Positions 53,262 through 64,000 of a stretch of DNA of 64,000 bases are shown one piece after another (the stretch's first letter is position 1; each line of letters begins with the position of its first letter). Location: positions 62,001-126,000 of the forward strand of contig NC_043012.1 of NCBI RefSeq assembly GCF_006345805.1, in the 5' to 3' direction. A program made the position numbers and the translations under genes. The notes beneath the pieces are model-generated. The model was not told where the DNA came from, did not search any database, and worked only from the letters and a program-made list of their open reading frames with translations. The stretch comes from Octopus sinensis (Eukaryota).

Positions 53262-53643
53262 TTAGTTAGTTAGTTAATTTTTGGCTCAAAAGCAAATAGC
53301 AAGGCCATGTAGGGGGACATGGAGTTAAGTACAGGGTGGTGTTCATGTAAAGAGTTCAGGCCACTTGAGGTCAAGGGAGACTTTGAACAAAGCGGTCGTC
53401 GGCATCTTCACCATCTCGTCTGGCAGCTTGTTCCACGGATCCACAACCCGGACGGAGAAAGCTCCTCTCCTTCGATTGAGATGAAATCGTCGCAGGTAGA
53501 GCTTTTCGGAATGACCCCGCAGCCGACGCTCTGGATCAGGAGTGAAGAACAGCTCTTTCGAGAGGTTACACTTTCCGCTTATGATGTTGTGAGCGAGAAT
53601 GAGATCACCACGGCGGCCTGCGCTAGGACATTAGACCGTATAA
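53262..53643 (-). mobile_element. 5'-truncated CR1-clade LINE, second family, (TAAC)n tail
   Basis: Minus translation RGDLILAHNIISG..FF..LRGHSEKL..RRGAFSVRVVDPWNKLP..FKVSLD typical of a CR1 ORF2 C-terminus; tail ttagttagttag on plus. Confidence 0.88.
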
Positions 53644-53971
53644 GAAAAGAGGCACTTGATTGATTCGCAGAAAGTCATTCAGCCTCAAATGGATAGGCTT
53701 GCCGTCATCTCTGCCCATTCTTCTGTTGCTATAATGACCCCTACTCCTCACTGCTTGCTAATATCATTCAATTTTCATATAAGTATTCCCGTCCCATTTG
53801 TGTCTCTTCCTCTCATCAGCCTTCTTACTCCAATCCAATCGGAGCAACCTCACTAATCCCTACGCTCTTCCCTTTCCTTCTTTCTCAGAATTTCCTTCCC
53901 CGCTACAATACCCTTTCTCATATCCTTAGAGAACGAGTTGAATTACAAAGGTTCTAAATAACTATTTATAG

Positions 53972-54471
53972 CGGTGGTTTTCAACCGCGGTCCATTTTAT
54001 CCTTGGGGTCTACAAAAGATTTTACTGCTAGAATTTATTTGCAATTAACTGGTTATAATTCTACAATATACAAAATGGTTTAGCATTTTTTTATATTCAA
54101 TCCCTAAAAATCATGTCTTTTAAAGACACAAGGCCTGAAATTTGGGGCAAGGGATGCAACTAGTCCATTACATCGATCCCAGTGTTTAACTGGTAGAAAA
54201 TTTATCAACCCTGAAATGATGAAAGGCTAAGTCGACCTTGGCGGATTTTGAACTCAGAACGTGAAGACGTACGAAGAGCGGCTAAGCATTTCGCCCGACG
54301 CATTAATGATTCCGCCAGCTCATCTCCTTACATATAATTCCTAATAATAATTAATTCTAAAAGCATAATACGATTATTTAAACATGAAATTACTATAAAG
54401 GTCCACCCGAGCGAAGTAGGAATCAAAGGGTGGAGGTGGATCCACGAGTAAAATGCGGTTGAAAACCGCTG
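53972..54471. mobile_element. hAT-type MITE with a nested minus-strand SINE B (about 54124-54330)
   Basis: Ends CGGTGGTTTTCAACCGC / GCGGTTGAAAACCGCTG; flanks ATTTATAG / ATTTATGA (degenerate 8-bp TSD). Confidence 0.7.
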
Positions 54472-56012
54472 ATTTATGAAAATCAGTATCCCCCATCAAG
54501 CAGAGACTTCGAAGGGCATGAGTATTGCTCAATTCTCCACAGTACACAAACGCAAAGCCTCGAATGTTGAAGTACATATACGTTCTTGAAATGTCCCGCA
54601 AAATATCATTCTTCGTCATGTTAGCAGATTGGTAGAATCAAGGGTGAAGCGGCGAGTAGAAAACGCTCTCTCTGCGTCAGAAAGCAATATCATATTGTCG
54701 TAATTGACCGCAGAGTGAAGAAACGCAAAGTCAGCTCTATCGGGATTTGAACTCTGAAGGGAAGGGAATGAAACTAATTACAGTAATGCCTTTGTTCATG
54801 ACCGTCTACACCACAGTCGTACGATATCATATTTATTGCTGGTATTGGCACAGCAGTACATAAATTTATAGATCGCATATATATATATATATATATGTGT
54901 GTGTGTATATACATACTCACGGTATATATACACATAAATACCGTGTGTATGTGCGTGTGTGTGTATGCATTTGTATATGTATGTATCTATGTATGTGTGT
55001 ATGAATGTGTGTATACATATGCACTTTACTAAATAGACTCCCAGTGTATTGCTGCGGCGTTATCCATTACATGGATATATTAGAATGCGATAAAGATTAA
55101 AATCTGGAATAAGTTTCGTAATATCTACTGTTCCGAAGAATAAACCCTCGCAAAATAGTGGAATGTAAGACTGACTGACAAATATGCCACCAACGGTAGA
55201 AAAGAATACGGAATCTGTAGAAATTTTGCCAAAGAGGTCGTACTTCATGGGGAGCAAATGTGGTGTCTTAATCGATTCTGTGTTGCCTTTTGCTTAATCA
55301 GTGTCATGGGGTTAACGTTTGGAATATCATATACTATAAATGATGCATTTCAATGAGCAAAGAGTGGGAAAATTTGATGCAGTCATATAATTCTGTCTCA
55401 CATAGGCAGAATTCCTGGAGTCTGTAGTAAAGTAAGGGTGTAATTGATAATATAGGCCTCAGGGATTGGACGTTACTCTGTTTTATGAACACTGGAGGAT
55501 TAAAAGGCAGAGTCGACCTCGGGAGGATTTAATCTGAGAACGTGGAGTGGTCGAATAAATAGCGTACGGAGTAAAGTCCCACACTCTAGACAAAAAATAA
55601 TATTAGCAACTTTCTAATATAGGCACAGGGTCAGAAACTAGTTGGGGAGGCATTTGTCGATAGTATTGAGGATCTTGATAGGAACATTTCTTGGACGACA
55701 TCAAAATAATGAAAGGCAAAGATGACCACTGAATGATTTCAAATCAGGAAGAAAAAAGCCTGAAGAAATACCGCAACGCATAACTTCTGACGCTATACCC
55801 ATCCAGCTTGTCGCCAGACACAAATCTAAACACAAAACCAACAACTTCGAGAAGAGGGTCATTTGTCGAGTGGTATAGTCATGCAATACCATCACTGCTA
55901 CGAAGGAAAATCAGGTAGTGGCTCTGGTGGCGAGTGATCTTACCTGATTGGAAGTGTTAACAGGTGCATGATTTGTCTTGGTACAAAAGAAGGGTATCAT
56001 CTATATGTGTGT

Positions 56013-56057
<45 letters not shown>

Positions 56058-56105
56058 CATACATATATACATACATATATATATATACATATATATAATA
56101 TATAT

Positions 56106-56137
<32 letters not shown>

Positions 56138-56182
56138 GTATACATATATACATACATATATATAATATTATATATATATATA

Positions 56183-56397
56183 ATTATATAATTAGGGCTT
56201 AGTAAAATAAATCACTTTGCCACATACTGAACTTTCTAGAAATAGCAGCCAAAAAGTTTTTAGCCATTTCCACTACTTTAAGAAAACTTCTCTCAGATAA
56301 TGTTTACTCAAAATGGCTAAAAACTTTTTGGCTGCTATTTCTAGAAAGTTCAGTATGTGGCAAAGTGATTCATTTTACTAAGCCCTAATTATATAAT
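56183..56397. mobile_element. Near-perfect fold-back (87-bp arms, 1 mismatch, 41-nt loop), PLE-terminus-like
   Basis: 56183-56269 vs reverse complement of 56311-56397; the right arm continues into further non-repetitive tail to about 56490. Confidence 0.85.
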
Positions 56398-57204
56398 GTA
56401 ATATTTTGAATTCGCCTTAAAATGGTCCTTTTACATACTGAACACTACTTGGTAAAATTGATTAATAACTAATTAATTTTACCCTCAATTGTATATATAT
56501 AATATATAGAGAGAGAGAGAGAGAGAGATGGATAGATAGACAGATAAAACTTAATTGGAAAAGGATGCGTGGCGTTCGATTATATAATAATATAAATAAT
56601 ATATAAATATATGCATATATACATACATATATGTACATACCTACGTCTATATGTATATATACATGCATATATGGGTACAGGACATCAAAAAATACGTTGA
56701 ACAGAGAAATGAATGAGAAATGAAAACATAAAAACAAAAACTTGGAAACGAACTTTTTTTCAAACAACGAAAGAACAGCGTATAAGATATACAACACAAA
56801 GAATATTCCCCTTCTTCAGTGGTCCCTGTTTCGTCTACTCCGCGTATCGAAAGTAAGGACAAGACGCGACGTCGTTGAAACAGTCCTTCCTGCAAAGCTA
56901 ATTAAATAAGATTTGGGATTTTTTGCGGAGAGGTAAAAGTGGTAACAAGAACAGGACAGTAAGAACAAAACAAGACAAGAGGGCAGAAGTTAAAGACATG
57001 GCGAAGAGTCATCAGTCTAAGGTTGTATGATAAATCTTACCTATTCACTAAGAAATGCATGCAATCTAGTGAGCGAGGATTATTTATATACGTTTACACA
57101 CACACATACACACACACAAGTACACACAAATACCCACAACCAAACAGACACACACACGTACACATACATATTTACACCCAAACACATACACATACACGTA
57201 AATA

Positions 57205-58474
57205 TTAGGAATGTTCTGCGCAAAAATGAATAAAAACAATTGCCCTTTCAATAAATGTTTTTCAATGAATAAATTTGCATTATTATTAATGATATTTGCT
57301 CATGTTTCAGGCAATATCAACACACAGGTATAAGAATAGAATTTGACTGGTTTTGAAGAAAAAAGTTATATATTTTAACACCATCTAAATCGTTAATTCT
57401 TTTTCCTTGCAATGAGTTCTGTAGAGACAAAAACAGGTGGTTGAGGGATAGCGCAATATCCGGAGAATATGGTGGATGGGGTAATAGATCCCTGCCAAGT
57501 TCATGTAACTTTGTTCATGTAGCCAAAAACACATGTGGTCGGGCATTGTCTTGTTGGAACACTACTCCTTCCCTGTTGGCATATCTCCGGTCTCAGTTCT
57601 TTGAAATTTTTGGTCCACATTAGCCAGCTGACAACAGTACACATCAAAATTAATGGCTTGGTTTGGTTTTCTGAGAGAAGTTCATTATAAATAACACCTT
57701 TAAGATCCCATCAAACACAAAGCATAGCTTTCTTGACATGGATATTCGTCTTTGGTTGCTGATATCGGGGATCCTTATGCAGACTCTAGGATCTTTTGGC
57801 TCTACGTTTTCGTACACAATCCATTTTTCCTCTCCGGTCACAAGGTGTTTCAAAAAAGGGCTTCCTTTCATTCTGTTTCAAAAGTATATCACGAAAGGCA
57901 TACCAGTCGAAGCAATTCTTTCCTGAGAGATTGTGAGTGACCCATACATTATCGCGAGAAAGGTATACTCGCTTCACTAGGTCTTCATCAGCCGTACATT
58001 TGGAAACTTCCAACTCCACTGTAAGTTATCTAGACGTAATTTGGAGTTTTCTACGATTTTCAGCTTCAAAACATCTTCATACAATTTCGACGATTTACCA
58101 CTTTGACTGTCATCTTTGGAAGTAAACTCTCCAGCTTAAAATTTTGCAAACCACATTCGAACAGTTGATTCACCTACGGGATCATCACCATAAACATCAC
58201 GAATGTTTTTGCAAGTCTTTGCAGCATTTTCTCCTTAAAAAAAACAAAACAGAGACAAGCATTACAACGAGAATATGCAAATTTTAGTTATGCAGTTCAA
58301 ATGGCAAAGGATAACCGGAATGAAAGATAAATCTGTTTTTAGTCAGGAGCAAAGAAGAGATGCACTACTACTGCAAGCAACGCGAAATCTTTAAATGTGT
58401 TACGTTTCAGGTATGTTCAATGAAGCTTTAAAAGATTTAACTTAAAAACGCTCAGAATTTTCCGGACAACCTAA
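57205..58474 (-). pseudogene. Full-size (about 1.27 kb) mariner transposon, decayed
   Basis: TA-flanked TTAGG ends (left TIR partly deleted); minus fragments LVTGEEKWIVYEN, GVVFQQDNARPHV and LLPHPPYSPDIA, characteristic of mariner DD34D transposases; several frameshifts. Confidence 0.9.
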
Positions 58475-58559
58475 TATGTTTGTATGTACATGCATGTAAA
58501 TATATATATGTATGTATCTATTTATCTCAGTCTCCTCTCTCTCTCTCTCTCCCTCGCTC

Positions 58560-58595
<36 letters not shown>

Positions 58596-58729
58596 CCTAC
58601 CTCCCTATCAGCCATCTGCATAAATATATACATATGTGTGTGTGTAAGTGTGTGTGTGTGTACGCATGTTCATCTATGTGTGTGTGTGTGTGTGTGTGTA
58701 TAAATATGTATATATATATATATATATAG

Positions 58730-58803
<74 letters not shown>

Positions 58804-58904
58804 CATACACATACGCACCCGTACCAATACATGCGTGTATGCATACGTATACGTGTATGTATACACACACAATTACACAGACACACACACATGCACACAC
58901 GAAC

Positions 58905-58939
<35 letters not shown>

Positions 58940-59542
58940 ACACACACACACTCACACACACACACACACTCAAACGTACATACATAAGTCTAGCCATAAA
59001 TTAAAGATGTCAACGGGTTTTACAATGATTGATGGAGACACACAGGCTGAACAACATATTAAATAAATAGAAGTACTTTTAAAATCCAAATCTGACAATA
59101 CTAGATGTTGTTGTTGTTGTTGTTGTTTTTTTTCTTATTCTTGTTTGTAATGTTGTTGATGTTGTTGTTGCTACTGCTGTCTAGCCCAGGGAAGGCTTTA
59201 TTCAGCCGGCTGGGGATTAAAGAACACAGTAAACATAAACACCTTGAACATTTTCTTATTTTTTTTTGTTTTTTTTTTAAATTTTAGGGCTGACTTTGAT
59301 TGTAGTAACAAACCTAAGTTTTCCTTTCCCATAACGACAGAATGTGATTTGAGGGGAAATTTAGCTGGTGTTTCTTGAAGGGACCGAAGGACTACATCGG
59401 AATTTCCTTTGTGGATGAAGAATATATATATGTAGTCAGATATACAGCAACATACACTCACACGTATGAGTGTCTGCCTGCAGGCGTGTGTATCCGCGTG
59501 CATGCACGTGTGTGTGTGCGTGTATATATATATATATATATA

Positions 59543-59582
<40 letters not shown>

Positions 59583-59775
59583 CATATATATATTGTTCAA
59601 TTTTCTTTCAAGACTCTTGCCAATACAGAAAGAGTCGGTTTCTAACCTAGATTCAACGCTCTTTCATTGGAATTTTTACATCGACAGCAAGTTACTTTTG
59701 TATGTATGTTTGTGTGTATGTATGTATGTATAACTATCTATCTACAATCAAACATACATACACACATACACACAC

Positions 59776-59824
<49 letters not shown>

Positions 59825-60932
59825 TATACATATATATATATACATATATACACATACATATACTGCATCATATCACAATGGTCCCTCTCTACATAGATTC
59901 TCGAATGTTTTCACACCTCAGTAACATACTTAGTTTGTCCTTAACACAGAATTTTCTCTTAAATGCGAAATTGCTGTCTGTATTTAATATAAAACTACTA
60001 CTAATACCACCACCACCACCACCACCCCCACCACTATTACTACTACTATTACTTTATTAAATCCTTCATCATATTCATCATTACTGTTATTATTATTATT
60101 ATTATTGTTGTTCTTATTGTTTTTATTATTAGTGATACGATTTTTATTATTAGGAATATTTACTTATTTTATAACACTTTTAACGTAATTAAAACCTACA
60201 GTATCCGTCCTCCTCCTCCTCCTCCCATCCTCAACTTTACACCAAACCTGCCACCCATTTTGACAGAATTGGATTTTACGCTTCAGTCAACTCTCAAAAA
60301 AGTTTTCGTAAACAAAGTTAATTAAAAACGAAAATCGGGCAAAAACGAACTTAAATAAATAAATAATAATAAGACAAATACTCATGAAAATTAAACGATT
60401 TCTTTCTATATAAAAATGTATTGAATTATGTATGAGCATACTGAAGTGTACCCTGCGGGCTTTCTTTATAACATAAGAGCAGCCGATTTTTGCTTTCTCT
60501 GTCTCTCTGTCTGTATATATCTCTCTCGCTTTCTCTCTCTCTCTCGTCCTTCTCTCTCTCTCTCACCTCTCGTTGTAACTTTCTTTTTCTCCTCTCTTTC
60601 TATCGGTTCAATATATTTCATAACATAGTGTGTGATCAAACGGCAGGTGGCGATAATCCCCAAAGAGTCTATATACGAGGTGGGGGTAAGGGCTGGAAAG
60701 TTCCTGGTTTTTGCGTAAAAGAAAACACAGGACGATCTGTCAATTATGATTTTATTCAACATATTCCCATCTGAGATTTTCGCAGTGGTCCTTTAGTTTT
60801 TCTAAACCCTGTAAAAGGACTCCGAAACTTGGTCCTCCAACTAGGCTTTTAGCGAAACCCATACCACCACGTACATACATACGTAAATACATACATATGT
60901 ATACATATACATACATATGCACGCACACACAC

Positions 60933-60963
<31 letters not shown>

Positions 60964-60976
60964 ACACCACACACAC

Positions 60977-61031
<55 letters not shown>

Positions 61032-61200
61032 AATAATTGCAGCGCGGAAGGTGTTTATAAGCCATTTAAGAACACACAAAAACCGTTAGATTCAGTTCAA
61101 CGTTTGAATGTAATTTGTGGCAAAATATTTTGAAACCGCAACCTGTTCACTGACAAAATTTCGTGCTGCATCACATATATATATATATATAATATATATA

Positions 61201-61449
61201 TACGAGGGGTTGGAGAAAAGCTATGCGTAATAGAAAATGCAGGAGGGTCAGTTAATTATGATTTCACTCAATTCTGTCTCAGATTCATACACTTATTGCA
61301 GCAGTCCTTCAGCTTTTTTCTAAAAGAACTCAGAAAAACCTGTAATGTGCTTCTACAAAATTCTCTAAAAGAACTCAGAAATTTGAAAGTCCGATCTTGA
61401 CATTCGCGACTACCTGAAAGCCAGGAACATTTCAGCATCACTGCTTATA
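61201..61449. mobile_element. Tc1/mariner-type MITE, degenerate
   Basis: TACGAGGGG start; gccaggaacatttcagcatc end; homologous to 52248-52443 and 60674-60850. Confidence 0.6.
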
Positions 61450-61658
61450 CAGTGGCTATCATAGCGAAAACTGTCAAGAAGTTTGCTAAATATCCATCAT
61501 GGTTGTTACAGTCCCATAGAGTAGCTATTTCGGTGCCTTCTATCATACCAACACGTTGGTTCCTGGCATAAAATGGTATGTATAAATACGTACATACATA
61601 CATACATACATATACACATATATATATATATACATACACACATATATATATATATATA

Positions 61659-61778
61659 TGTTGGCCTGCTCGCTTAGTCAGCGGGGTGGCATCATTCAAA
61701 GGCTAAAACAATGCGAACGCATTGTGACCAGCGATGTGTAACAGCATCTGATGGTCTGGTCGGTCACGTGATCACGTG
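61659..61778 (+). mobile_element. SINE family C 3' fragment
   Basis: gttggcctgctcgcttagtcagcggggtggc..ggtcggtcacgtgat. Confidence 0.8.
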
Positions 61779-61958
61779 AGATGTATATATATAGTATGCA
61801 TACATGCACACACACATATATATATATATTGGGTTATCGCATAATTAATTAAATAAATGAAGGAAACAAAGTACTTTTTAAATCTGAATTATCTACAATG
61901 CTCTTCCAATTTTCTACAATGCTCTTCCATCTATCTGGTACTGCATCTATCTGTATTC

Positions 61959-62285
61959 CATGTGACTTCATTGACCGAGGTTACCGTGGTTTTTTTCCGT
62001 AGGCTTTTCTTTCCACGGGTAAACCTCACCTGTCCTCCCCTTTACACTTCATATTGACATTTCTGTAATTACGATCCCTATTGATCAATTTTTTTTCCTC
62101 TCCCCTTTTCTTTTTTATTCCTCTCCCCCCTTTTTTTAAATCCTGCCCTTTTTTTGTCCTCTTTCTTTCCTTTTACGATCCCTTTTGATCGAAAACCAAC
62201 CCCCTTTTTTTTACCCCCAAAAGAAAAGCTCTACCTTGTAATTTGTTCTGTCTGTGTGCAGCCCTGTGTGGCTAATAAAGAAACA
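61959..62285 (+). mobile_element. 5'-truncated retrotransposon 3' UTR (L1/Tx1-like) with 11-bp TSD
   Basis: TATCTGTATTC at 61948-61958 and 62286-62296; pyrimidine-rich body ending gccctgtgtggctaataaagaaaca. Family assignment is by recollection only. Confidence 0.6.
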
Positions 62286-62340
62286 TATCTGTATTCTATC
62301 TATCTGGTATTGCAAGGTCCCTCTTCCGAAATTCACTTGT

Positions 62341-62770
62341 CCGTGATGAAAAGTGTGGAAGACTGCGCGGGTATCGTACTCGAGATCTTAATGAGATACC
62401 TAACCCAACATAAAGAAACCTTGCTAGTGACAGTTAGGAACGAGGAAATATTGAAAGCAGAGCAAAAAGGAAAAAGAAAGGAAGTATAAAAAGAACATGA
62501 AGAAGAATTACGCAAGAAGGGACTAGACAAATAATTCCATATAGCTACAACAGAGTTGCTGGAAAAATTAGGTGGGACTGACCTCATGAACGAAACACCA
62601 ATAAAAGAGACCGAGAGCATTATACGGGCAGCACAGGACCAAGCTTTGTCCACGAACTGGAGGATCAACCTTAGGAATACATAATGTCTCCGCTGTACCG
62701 TATCTGCAATAGAGTGTATGAAACCATTGCCCATATCACGAACGAATGCCCTAGACTTGCCCAAAGACAG
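62341..62770 (+). pseudogene. R4/Dong-like LINE fragment (post-RT region and CCHC finger)
   Basis: KSVEDC..YL..KETLL..V..IKETESIIRAAQDQALSTN..MSPL(Y)RICNRVYETIAHITNECPRLAQ. Confidence 0.8.
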
Positions 62771-62832
62771 ACTTACTGTTTTAATATCGTTTAACCAATA
62801 AAATATCTATTACAATCGTCGCATCGCACTCT

Positions 62833-62880
62833 TCATCTTCACTAATAATAATAATAATAATGATAATAATAATAATAATA

Positions 62881-62934
<54 letters not shown>

Positions 62935-62968
62935 TAATAATAATAATAATAATGATAATAATAATAAC

Positions 62969-63025
<57 letters not shown>
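62833..63025. repeat. (AAT)n array
   Basis: Direct reading of the sequence. Confidence 0.95.
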
Positions 63026-63026
<1 letters not shown>

Positions 63027-63321
63027 TTGAATAATTCACCTCTGGAAACATGGGTGGTTCTTTCAACATCCTTAAACAACCCTTATTCAGGGACCTTTTG
63101 AGCGGGATGGGCTACTCAACCTGAAGAAAATTCTAACTGGGCCCCACCTGCAAGGTCATGTGCTGTTTATCTTGATATGAGATCACCATGTCGCGCACAT
63201 ATGGTTGTGATGCATGTGCCTGGTGTACCCTTATCAGACGGGTAGTCATGATGGGTATATTGGGCTTCGTATATTTTACCCCAATGTCGTCACTTTGATG
63301 GCATGCACTGCTCTCTCACTC

Positions 63322-63382
<61 letters not shown>

Positions 63383-64000
63383 GTAATAATAATAATAGAA
63401 TTATTAGGAGAGTTCTTGGTATCGAAGGTTACTTGTAGCCAGACAGGATTTCTTTCTTTTCCAATAGTCTAATCTCTTGAGTATATATGAAAATAAGAAC
63501 AGCAAGAACAACAATAATAATGCCCTGATGCAGAACCAGGCACTGACTTTTATGGCTTCTGATCTTAACTGATTGGAAGTGTTATCATGTACATGTTTTG
63601 TCTTGGTATAACAAAATGGGCTACAGCAAATATTCTGCTCAATACCACAAATTTGCTTGTCAGTTGTTTGACCTTAACCAGTTGAGCATGTCCTTTAGTG
63701 GCTGACGATATGTGCTTCTCTGATTACGAGTAGAATGTAGTGTGGGGAGTATCATAGCAATGTGTTAAGAAGAATTGTTTGGGGTTTGAATATTTCACCT
63801 TCGGAAACACGGGTGTTTCATTCAACGTCCTTAAACAACCCTTATTCAGGGACCGTTTGAGCGGAATGGGCATCTCGACCTAAAGAAAATTCCAAATGAG
63901 TCCCACATGCAAAATCATGCGCTGTTTATCTTGACATGAAATCACCATGTCACGCACATATGGTTGTAACGCATGTCGTGCCTGGTGTACCCTTATCAGA
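63026..64000 (+). mobile_element. Two copies of the (AAT)n-tailed non-coding retroposon (63026-63321; 63522-64000, running off the window) separated by (AAT)n and a LINE-like 3' UTR piece (about 63405-63495)
   Basis: 63026-63260 aligns with 63790-64000 and 48953-49135; 63405-63495 aligns with 49378-49470. Confidence 0.8.

Noticed and set aside
55690-55900. Possible R4-type RT fragment (LDDIKIMKGK..NQEE)
   Set aside because: Similarity is too degraded to support by eye
56660-57025. PLE-terminus-like region with CUGAAGA, GAAAC and GAAACAGUC motifs
   Set aside because: The motifs do not assemble into a consistent three-stem hammerhead on either strand

Overview
Eukaryotic, AT-rich, repeat-saturated DNA. 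The repeat families and microsatellite load resemble an octopus genome; this is an inference from pattern recognition, not a database hit. No host protein-coding gene, rRNA, true tRNA or CRISPR array can be supported, and most ORF-track entries are translations of microsatellites. The window contains: (1) decayed retroelements: a 5'-intact, 3'-deleted Penelope-like element (PLE) at 2.5-4.9 kb, a near full-length CR1-clade LINE at 28.6-32.2 kb, and fragments of CR1, I-group, L1/Tx1-like and R4/Dong-like elements; (2) three tRNA-derived SINE families in many copies; (3) three complete non-autonomous Helitrons, a decayed full-length mariner, and mariner and hAT MITEs; (4) many short PLE-terminus and fold-back elements embedded in (TA)n/(CATA)n tracts. 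The main discovery lead is that several unrelated fold-back/PLE-terminus families carry type I hammerhead-ribozyme folds. These show recurrent non-canonical cores (U3-A8 covariation, A6U in two families) and palindromic stem III, and in some cases the inverted-repeat junction sits at the predicted cleavage site. Other leads are a LINE/SINE 3' hairpin conserved in structure but not sequence, repeated local templated duplications, a 74-bp minisatellite that reads like an RT motif, and an RFX X-box about 100 bp upstream of a candidate first exon. All alignments and folds were done by eye. Some frameshifts and irregular microsatellites could be assembly errors.
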